A stretch of 64,000 nt of DNA. Source: Chrysomallon squamiferum. Taxonomy: Eukaryota > Animalia > Mollusca. The translations under genes and the position numbers were made by a program. The number at the start of each line of letters is the position of its first letter. Within the stretch, counting starts at the first letter, position 1. Below the pieces are notes generated by a model. The model worked only from the letters and a program-made list of their open reading frames with translations, was not told the origin of the DNA and did not search any database. The DNA lies in assembly GCA_012295275.1 (NCBI GenBank), contig CM022670.1, positions 30,504,001 to 30,568,000 of the forward strand. Reading direction: 5' to 3'. Positions 53,627 through 64,000 of the stretch are shown one piece after another.

Positions 53627-56600
53627 TTTTATTAAGGCTCAGCTTAGGGAAACAAGGTGCTTTAATGGCCACCTAATAAGTAATATAAACGCTCAACTGA
53701 CAGCAATCTATATAAATCAATCAGTCTATCTGTCGCCACAAGGCAAAGTTCACGTTAATTATTTAATTATGATATACAGGTGACTTGATAATAATACATT
53801 ATACAATCATAAAACATATATTTACGTAATTTTGATTAATGATACAAGTAAGGTCATACGGGGAACTAAGACAAAAATAAGAATCTGCACGCTTTCTGAC
53901 AGGTGCCAGCCCTTTTATAACAACGCCGTGGAGTTGAAAAATTGACGGCAACAATAAAATGCGCGGATGTGTTTGTAGTTACAATTAGTTATGCAATTTC
54001 AGTTCCGTGGCAAAATATAAAAAACGCGGACGTGATTGAAGTAACAGAGTGTTATGCAATCTGAATTCTGTGACATGCCGCTCAAAATTTAGAAAATTTT
54101 GATTCCTAAGATATGGAAATTTTCTGGTATCACATGACATAAAGAACACATAATAATAATGAACAATGGCATATCATACATATGTAAGTTTTTGCCAAAC
54201 AATACATAAAATAAAAAGAGTAACCGTATCAATGTCTCAGCTTCAGTAAGATATTAATTATTATTTTCCTGATTTACCATGGGTTGATCAATAGACATCA
54301 AGTCCATAGCCCTAAACAAGAGACAAAAGCAAGATAAAACAACATTATATTATGGAAAGAGCATCCGCATTAGTGTTGTTAGTCCCAGCATTTTGCTTTA
54401 TAGTTATTGGGTATTCCTGTAGCATCAAACTCCAGCTTAAAACTCGCTGATTAGTTTCCTTCAGCGATGAATGAAGGTGAGTGGATTATGGTCCATATAG
54501 ACAGTTACTGGGTGAAGTGCAGACTTCATATACACTTGAAAAATGTTTCAAGGCTTGAATCAATCCAAGAGCTTCTTTTTCAACAGTTGAATAATTAAGC
54601 GGATGCTTATTAAATTTTCTTTAAAAAACAACAAAACATAGTGGTTGGTCTAGTCTACTGTGATTTTCTTGAAACAGAACTGACCCGAAACCAACATCAC
54701 TAGCATCTACAGCCAGCTTGAATGGTTGCTGGTGATTGGGTGGTGCCATTACAGGTGTTGAATATAGCCGGTTCTTTAATTCCTGGAAAGCTTGAGAACG
54801 CTCTTTATTTCCACATACGGGGTGATGACGTCGATCATATTCGATGCATCAGGGAACAATTCAGGGAACTTTTAATCAACTTTTTTTTTATTACGTTTTA
54901 TCTCTCACTTGAGAGGTGATGTAATTTCTGGTCCAACTTAGATTCACTATGTATGACTTTTCAGCTGTTTGATGAGCAGCCATTTCCATCTGGTCAATTT
55001 CCACAGTCATTGTTGGATTGGTCAGAGCCCATTCATCATATACCTTCAATAGATTAATATGGCAAAACCTTGTCGACTTACCTCGATCTGGTGTATTAAC
55101 AATATAACCTGTATCACTAACTTTACGTTCTACTATATACGAACCAAAACATTTACTTTGCACAGATGATTTAGTGATTGGCAAATACATTAGTACCTTG
55201 TCACCTGGATTTAATTCTCTTATTTTAGCTTTCCTGTCAAATTTGTATTTTATTTTTTGTTTGAGCTTTCACTAAATGTTTTTGGCCTAAATGAGTCGCC
55301 TACATAACCTATCTTTTATTTTAGGTACTACAACTTGAAAACATACATACTTCTCATTTTCATCTGACATGATTTTATTTACGGTTTTATTCATCAACAC
55401 ATCATCATGCGCATACAAACATTCATCAAAAGATTGTTTTTATCTACTATTTTTGACTACACCCCTTTCAAAGATGGATCAAATTTCTGTGCTTTACACA
55501 AATTCTTTTTATTCCAGTTAATCTGTGGGATATTATCACCAGACATTTTTAACTCGGCAGAACTATGTGTTGGATCAACAGCAACCACAGTTTGACCAGA
55601 TTCTGATTCAACCTTTTTACCTAACTCCATCTCATCTACTCCTTCAGATATCCTTGAAAAACATGTATCAATTAAAGGATTTTTCATTGATCTGATTTCC
55701 ATTGCCATAGACCTAGTAATAACGTAGACCATAAAAGTATCAGTTGTCTTATCATCACAGGTTAAAATGGCAATATTTAACACCTGTAAAGTTTCGCACT
55801 TCTTACCACAAAAAGTATCTGAAAAATCATTACCCAGAAACATATCTACACCCCCGATGGGTAAACTATCTATGAGACCGACCAACGCCTCTACAGAAAC
55901 TCGTTGTGATTTGATAAGAAGTCGGTGTAATGGACTCCTGTGCCTCGAAAAATGGAAGTTAACCTAGGAGGATAAATTTTGTTGAATATCACAAATAGTA
56001 CAACTCTGACATATATTTAACATATATGTTCTGAGTATACATCTCTGGTAATTCTGAAAAATTACTTTTTGTTTTCTGATTGTCCTTTTTTTCTGGCATA
56101 ACAGTATAAAACAACATGATTATTCATTTTGCAGTTCGAACAACGTGATTGAAAAGACATTGTTTCAGCCGACAGATTACTCTTTACTTGCATTACTCAG
56201 CTAGTATTATAGTTATGCTATAACCAAACTTTCTAACTGATGTCGTCCTACCAGAAAACCTTTCCTGATTACCATCAAAATTCTTAGCAAAATTTAACTC
56301 ACAGTTGTATGACTTGTGGACGTAGTTATCAGCAGATACAGCAGCAGCTTGTAAACTTTCTATGGCCTGATCTGCCAAATGTAACCTAACATTTACCGAT
56401 TTACCGGTAAACAGTTTTTCACTTCTTCCAAAATGATTAATTCACATAAGTTGGCATAATCAATGCCAATGTCGCTTGATGTAATCCATTTATTAAAAAC
56501 ATTCTGTTTTCTGGACATAAACTCACAGTGCGTTTCTGAATCTAATTTTTTCAACTTCCAAAAAGACTGATGATATGCCTCGCTGATCAGCTGATACGCT

Positions 56601-57086
56601 GTCAGCACAGCTGATTTTAACACCTCATAATTTGTGACTTGAGTATTATCTAATGCATTTTAAGCTGGAGCAGCCTTTCCTTTCAACTAACAAATGCTAA
56701 AACTGTTCTGGCCATTTTAATTCAAAGGCCAGTTATTCTCATCATAATTAGGAACTGATCTGTAACAATCACTAATTCCAAAACCATTCGATCCATTTTC
56801 ACTTGAATTATCTCTAACCTCTACTCTCATTTTAAGTTCATGTTCCGTTTTCAGTTTAATTATCTGAAATTCTCTTTTCTCTCTATCACTTTCATATTCT
56901 AAATTCTTAAGTCTAATATTTGTTCGAAGGTTAATTTATCTTCCTCTTATTGCACTGATTCTGCCATACTCGGAGTTACACCTATATCATTACTCCCCCA
57001 CTCTCGCTATCTACAGATTCGCCAAATAAAGCCTTTGTTAAAATTTCTCTGATTTGCTCTAGCTTGTTTGACGGAATTCCGTGACA
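53627..57086 (-). mobile_element. Decayed Gmr1-type Ty3/Gypsy LTR retrotransposon (gag-PR-INT-[RT deleted]-RH), with 3' LTR at 53627-54075 and a 5' LTR stub ending at 57086
   Basis: The minus-strand order starts with gag (LKSAVLTAYQLISEAYHQSF...LCELIILEEVKNCLP), a CCHC knuckle CSNCKMNNHVVLYC (56142-56101) and a protease end (VGLIDSLPIGGVDMFLGND). Next comes the integrase C-terminus (ELNPGDKVLMYLP...GSYIVERKVSDTGYIVNTPDRGKSTRFCHINLLK). Last is RNase H (PFKLAVDASDVGFGSVLFQ...NYSTVEKEALGLI...WSLMLQEY...NADALS). The LTR is homologous to 26702-27562. Confidence 0.88.
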
Positions 57087-58690
57087 GATGCTGATGTATT
57101 TAATTCGGCAATCTCATTACTACATCTCATATTACAACACTATATCAATTTAGGAAATTACCTCACAGATTGATATGTACAGTATTAAATTCCTTTTCTG
57201 CAGAATGTTGCGAAAAACAAAGAACTTTAAATAATTCACATGTCTTTGAATACTGGTTCTACAAGACTACATATCAGTTACTGATTTCACTTCAAAATTT
57301 TTTGTATTGATATTGGAAATTATTTTCGGTAATTGGTAGCTGAGGAAGACTTTATGAACAAAGAAGGAAAATATTTTAAAAAATATCTCATTTCCTAATA
57401 CATATTTTTCGGTATGTTTAGAACAGGTAAAAAGAAGGAAGTATATTTATTATAAGTTATATAGTTATAAAAAAGCAAAATAAAAATTCCAATACAAAGA
57501 CAGGCGTTATGGAAGAAGGAAAGCTGTAATGCCATTTCAGTTTATTATTTAGTTAAAAAGGCTGCAATGTCGGTTTTTAGAATCAGTGCCTTCATCTTGG
57601 ACCTGTATATTCGAAAAGAAAAGAAAATTATTATTCAGTTTTCATGCAGCTAACGTTTTAAAGAAGAACAGTTCTCTTCTGTTTTCTAATCTTCCAGAAA
57701 TATAAATATTTACTCACTTTATTTTTATTGCTTTAACTTAGAACGTTGAGATGTTTACAAATCAAAGTACATACATGTCTGTTGTCAGCCTTAAAAGCAA
57801 ATTGCTCTCGATTTTTTTTTCACCCATGCTTACCAGCTGTACTAGCTGTCTCGAATAATTAATAATCAGAAACTCTTTACAGACACAATAACTAAACCTA
57901 TCCATCAAAATAATATCACTCTTGCAGAGACAACAGCTAAAACAAATCAAACTAAATATCTTTTATTTTTTTTTTTTTTCGGTTTATTTTACTTTATTTT
58001 CGTTCAGGTTTTGGGAACATCTTCAGAGATTACAGCTGATGGACTGATGTTTTATTTAGCTGCTTGAGATACTCTAGTTTATCGAAACATACTTAGATAT
58101 ATCTGTTTATGTTAAAAAGAAAAGACAGCTGGATATACTAGGGATTTGTCAGTACAAGTAATTCCTCTAGGAGAGCGACAGAGATAGAGAGGCAATCACA
58201 TACTGACATGTTTTATATTTGAATGTTCTCTTAAAATCTGAAACGCGAAACAATTTGTAACGAGAGCACTATAAAAAAAGAATTGAGGATATGTTTCATT
58301 AAATCTACGAAGATATGGAAATGTTGTATTTAATAAAACACTTGTGACATTTAATTTTACGGTTAAATAATGTCGCACAAGTGATTAAGAACCATTTAGA
58401 TAACTAGAGAGAAAAGCCTCTTTCGCCACATCTTGTGCTATACTTTCAAATTAGCAGTAAGAAATAATTTAAACACAACATCCCATACAAAGTACACCTA
58501 ACGATTTTTGTTAAACAAGTTGTTGATTACAAGCGATAATGAGACTTAGCTGATATGGTCTAACAACAGTTTCATCCGACGTTCTCTATCGAGCTAAGTC
58601 TCGCTGCACATCAGAAAGAAGTCAGCATGGTTTACTCAGCAAGAAAGTTTCTGTTTGTCTCTAGTAGCGACTCTCTGTGTGTATTACATT

Positions 58691-58791
58691 ATACATTTTT
58701 TTATTTAGATATCTTACGAATGTACATTTTGTCAGCTGAATTAAAGAATTATATATTTAAGTACTCTGCTGATCTTTTCTGATAAGAAACA
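58691..58791. repeat. Direct repeat of about 100 bp, copy 1 (copy 2 at 62647-62745)
   Basis: The sequence tcttacgaatgtac.ttttgtca..tgaat.aaagaattatatatt.aagta...gct.atcttttctgat.agaaacat is present in both places. Confidence 0.85.
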
Positions 58792-59322
58792 TCCATTTGT
58801 CTCTCTCTGTGTGTATGTGAATGTGTGTGTGTGTATATATGTACGTACGTCCGTAAGTATGTATGTATGTATGTATGTAAGTACAAACAAAACCAACCTG
58901 CTACAAAGTTTGAATAGTTTTGGAGTAATAACGTCAAAAGCACTATTCATTGTTACGTGATTACACAATCAGTGACGCGAACACAATCAGCAGAAAGAAT
59001 TATTTTATATGTACGTACATCTGTATATATATATCTCTCTCTGTGTGTGTATGTGTGTGTATAAATATATATATATATACATATATATGCTGATATGTGT
59101 CTGTATGCACGTATATGTGTATATGCATGTTGATATCAATGTTATGATAAATGGAAATTTAATTTGTTAAAAATAGTGATTTTTCTCATTTCTCTCTGAA
59201 TTCGGGTTTCTGGTATTAATTATTTGAAGGATTTAATTATCATACTGAAAAAATATTTTAAGTAATTTTAGAAATTGCGAAATTTGTTGGTTATAATAAA
59301 TATGCTAGGACCCAGTCATTTA

Positions 59323-59356
<34 letters not shown>

Positions 59357-60562
59357 CAACAACACTCACATACACATATTACCACCTACCAAATACAGCA
59401 ATGCCGTCAATACCATAACTGCTACAGTAAACACAATAATACCCATGCCAAGAGTAACAGCAACAAAATTTTAATCAATCATAATTATACAAAAGAGAAA
59501 AATAGACGACGTGCAGAAAGCAAACCGTTATTTCTGAGATGTTTCTCTCAAATGAAATGCAACGTCTAAACCAGACTGCGTCTGTTTTCATAGATTCAAT
59601 AAACATCTTCTTCACTGATCATTAGGAAGAAGTGGCATGTTGAATAAATATTTGTTGGCAAGTCAATCGCTTGACCATGCGTTGTAATGGTGCCGGGAAT
59701 CGTTTTGCTGCATCGGCTATTCAGCACGGCTGTAAAGAAATCTTCATTGATTCGCATAATGAGAGCCTTGGATACAATAAAAGCAAAATGATAGAGCTGA
59801 TAAAGAAAAGCAAGTAATAAGAATTAATGATATGACAGATAAAACGAAACAAATAGATAAAGAAAGTCATTTGATATAGAGATAGCGAGCTACTAGAAAG
59901 AAAAAGACATACCCAAACATATATAGCGTATATATTTGTGTATGTAATGTCTTTTTATTTAGAGATATCTATCTATCTATCTATATAGGTAGAAGAAAAA
60001 ATAATACGTTGTATTAAAGATTACTTAATTTTAAGGCTTCAGAGACTGCTATAAATTTGACAGAGAAAAAATACAAAAAATCATTGTGCGGCAAAAAATT
60101 AGGACGAAATCGTTTTACACACTTTGAATATATGAATATTTGAAATGGAATATATCTTTCAGTGGGAAATAAATGGACGCAGTAAATATGTTTTTACCAT
60201 CAAAACATTACAGAAACACAGATTTGTTTTAAATTCTCCATATCGCTGTCATCTAACGGGAAAATAATTCTCACCACCACGGTTATGACGTATTTTATTC
60301 CACACTAACACCCCAGTACGGCTGCAGTAGCTGTACCAATAAAAAAACGAGCCATCGTTTCGCATTCAAGCAATTCCAGCCATCATGGTACGGCCAATAC
60401 AGGTGTGAGTATTGTTTAGACAGAATCCCAGTAACTAAATCAAAAGAGAAAGAATGTTGCTTGGTGTTTATATCTTCTAGTTATATTTCTTAATGTGAGA
60501 AATATTGAAAACAAAGAAACAAATAAAATAGGAAGAAGAGGAACAATAACAACAACAACAAC

Positions 60563-60603
<41 letters not shown>

Positions 60604-61435
60604 TGAAGAGATATCTAAGTATATTCGTGTTGTAAATAATATTTCTATTTATATATCGATCTATTTGTGTGTGTACATCAATTTCTCATACCTAACAGCT
60701 AAATTTAAGGGTTTTTTTCACTATATTTAGGACTGATAAAAAGTTTTACAAACACGAAAAACCCATCAATATACGCATAAAAAGTGTTTGATCAATTATA
60801 TTTGCTAGCTGATCCATTAGCATGAATAAACATACTCTTGTCAAGCTGTCTTTCTTTATACATAATTCTTCAGTCAGAAAACCAAAATAAACAGTTCCGA
60901 ATGCACGCTGCCGAACCACTGAAACAATAACACACCAACAAAATCCTCTTTACATGAATATTATTAAAATTTTCTTTTTCACTACTTGTATTATTTTTAC
61001 AAAAATACAGATTATAATCTAGGCCTATGTAGTGTTTTTATAGATTTACATGTTTTTTTTCTATTCGTGTACCTCGTCGTTAACATACATCTCAGAAGCT
61101 GTAAATAATAATGGTGTTTTTTATACAGTCTTTTTTTCTTTATAATAAAAATAAATTTATGATAAAAGTTATTTCCTCCATAGTTATCACACCCACGCCC
61201 CCTATTCTTAATAATTACATAAGTCTTGGTTATATCAGAAAACACCATCATTTTGATTTCAGTTGTCTAGTGATAATTATAATTTATGTTAACTTTGTAC
61301 TGCTGAAAAATCATTTTTTAGATAACATTTTACCCCTTAGTGAGTTAGAGAAGATTATATGTTTCTAAAACTTATAAATGCTCAGAACAGACATAGAGCG
61401 ATTAGTGTCAATTTGGGCATTTTGTCATTACAGAG

Positions 61436-61481
<46 letters not shown>

Positions 61482-62646
61482 GTGCTTACATAGAGTAAAT
61501 ATTTCTAAAATAGAACATTAATCGTAATGTAGGGCTGTCTCTCTTTCTTTTCGTCTTTTTATTTTTTTTTTTTAAATCTGACACACAGCAACATACACAC
61601 AGCAACATACAAACGCACTAATGAATAATTTGCGGAATTAGATTTCCCCACCTGGAATACAACATACGTCACAATAAGGCATTTTCGGAACCGATTCCAC
61701 TGAACTACACCTATTTGTATCTTGAACTAAGATCTCTAATCTATGTACAGTGCACTTGAACTCGATATCATTTCATTTCAGCTTTAGCAAATTCGTATTG
61801 GTAATCTCCGAGGTCACGAATGACATTCATACAATAAGTATTCAGTCTTTAATTCAATAAACTGTAGTTATTCAAAAGAAAGTATTAAGTATATTTTTAG
61901 ATGAATCGAAGAGGGAAAATACAGAAAACATGGTTTCAGAAATGAAGACATTTTTATTTTCATTGTTATTCAAACGATTTAGAAATCACGACTAATTATT
62001 TATATTTATAATTTTAATAATGATCATGGTGGTGTCACTGGGTTCACAAATGGGAGATTTTTGTTTTGGCTTGTTATTAGAAATAAACAGCGCTCGTCTG
62101 ATGTTAGGTCAGAGTAAGCTGAGGATCACTGGTTAAAGCACAGGAATGCGGTCTAATTGGCAGCAGGATCATTTCTTCTTCGTGTTGTCGTTGATCCGTT
62201 TTCCGTCCTTCCTATAGCTAAAGAATGATTTATCAAAAATAGTGTACCAGCTCTTTATGAAATAGATGAGTCAGCGAATGGATATTGCCAATTGGTTTTC
62301 ATTGTCTCATTTGTATAAAGCAATACAGCCGTAAATTACAAAAAAAAAAAAACCCAAAAAAAAAACCACACACCCAAAAACAACAATAACAACAAAAATA
62401 ACAAAACAATAACAACACAACAAACCATATTAAGTGGGTTTCAATATAAAGTATTCTGTCCTCTTGAGTAATTTTACAATTTTAGTAATCTTTAGCAAAG
62501 GCTTCCTATTTGCTTGTACCATGGAAATCAGGCCTATCAAAAATCGAAGGTCCATACCAAATAGCACTCTGGCCTTCACTGTGTTCAGGCTTATGACACA
62601 AACACAGATAATTACATCAATCCTTACATTATGGATGTCATTATGA

Positions 62647-62745
62647 CACATTTTATTTAAGATCTCTTACGAATGTACTTTTTGTCAAATGAATGAAAGA
62701 ATTATATATTCAAGTATTTAGCTAATCTTTTCTGATTAGAAACAT
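62647..62745. repeat. Direct repeat of about 100 bp, copy 2 (copy 1 at 58691-58791)
   Basis: See copy 1. Confidence 0.85.
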
Positions 62746-63190
62746 GACTTTTTTCTTTTCTTTGACAACATTTCACTTAGAATCCACTCAGTAGACAAAG
62801 AAAGACAATAATGACAGCGACAACATCTACTTTGAACTAGTCATCAGTTTAACAAAAGCAGGTGCATCTTTGTAATTAGCCACCTTATTTTAACCTTTAC
62901 ATCGATTTTGTAAAAACAATCTTAACAGTAGCAGTACTTACAGAACATTCTGAAAGTAGACTTCAGTAACGAAATTACGAATAAAATTAAAACCGGTTTA
63001 GGTTATTACTATTTAGTCTGCACTTTAATTGCATATAGAATATAAACACAGAGAAGATTAAAATTGTTTGACTGCCCGAAATGTTTATATATTAAAACGC
63101 ATTATACTTGAAATACTTTAAGAAAAAAAAAAAAAAAAAAAAAATGTGTAGTTATCAAATAAAAATAAAATTACATATAAATATACTCAG

Positions 63191-63262
63191 TATATTATAT
63201 TATATTATATTATATTATATTATATTATATTAAATTATATTATATTATATTATATTATATTA
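63191..63262. repeat. (TATAT)n pentanucleotide microsatellite
   Basis: Direct reading. Confidence 0.9.
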
Positions 63263-63694
63263 GCTTATATTTTATTATATTTATTTATCTATTTGTTTGT
63301 TTTTTTATTTATTGTTTTTTACAAAATGATATAACACAGTACAGTATTGCAGAATAAGACAAAACAGTAAAAGATACATGTATCTTTATAATACAATACC
63401 AAAGAGTACAATACAACAGAATTCAAGATAATACGGAATAGTACAATATAGTATAGATTATTACAGTATCAATTAATATAACACATACCACAAAAAGAAG
63501 TGAAACTTAATACAGTTCTGACAGTACACAATACGACATTTTCTGACTGACTGAAAACAGAGATACTAAACAAACCTCGCTTTACTCTTGACGGGATGAT
63601 TATAAAATAACAAATTCCAACAGCAGATCCAGTTTGTAAAGAACAAACTCAAGACAGTTTGTGCATCGAATGACAGAAACAGAGTGAGCGAATG

Positions 63695-63696
<2 letters not shown>

Positions 63697-63774
<78 letters not shown>
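63697..63774. repeat. (GA)n microsatellite
   Basis: Direct reading. Confidence 0.95.
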
Positions 63775-63777
<3 letters not shown>

Positions 63778-64000
63778 TAATACTTGGTCAGAACGCAAAT
63801 AAATTGTGTTTCTGTGACTAAGTGAGTTTTATGTCGTGTTACCCATCAAGTGAATGTTAACCTTATGAGCTGATGTAAAAATAATACAATGGCAATAAAT
63901 ACTGGAAAGAATTAGAGGTTATTAGTAATGAAAGTTCATGCTCATTTGAAACAATTGAAAATGATCTTAGTGACATTCATCATTATCATAACTACCGTTA

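Overview
AT-rich, microsatellite-rich animal genomic DNA with short spliceosomal introns. A mollusc or other lophotrochozoan is plausible, but this is inference only. The left 26 kb holds three intron-containing genes that I reconstructed exon by exon. FAAH1-type fatty acid amide hydrolase is on the minus strand, with 12 coding exons visible and its 3' end running off the window. FBXL12-like F-box/LRR protein is on the plus strand, with 3 coding exons (about 320 aa). CDKAL1 tRNA methylthiotransferase is on the minus strand, with 13 coding exons (about 558 aa). The remaining 38 kb has no recognisable host protein gene and is dominated by nested transposon debris. This includes a decayed ZMYM1-like hAT split by a solo LTR, a nearly intact SPIN/GTF2IRD2-like hAT transposase inserted in a Gypsy RNase H, a decayed Gmr1-type LTR retrotransposon with integrase upstream of RNase H, several MITEs and SINEs, a roughly 300 bp near-perfect inverted repeat, and a duplicated 61-nt exon-like unit. 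I see no convincing evidence of a wholly new biological system. The best leads are the Gmr1-type element, the single-homopolymer frameshift in the hAT transposase, a weak GC splice donor required in FAAH, and possible unannotated non-coding transcripts.
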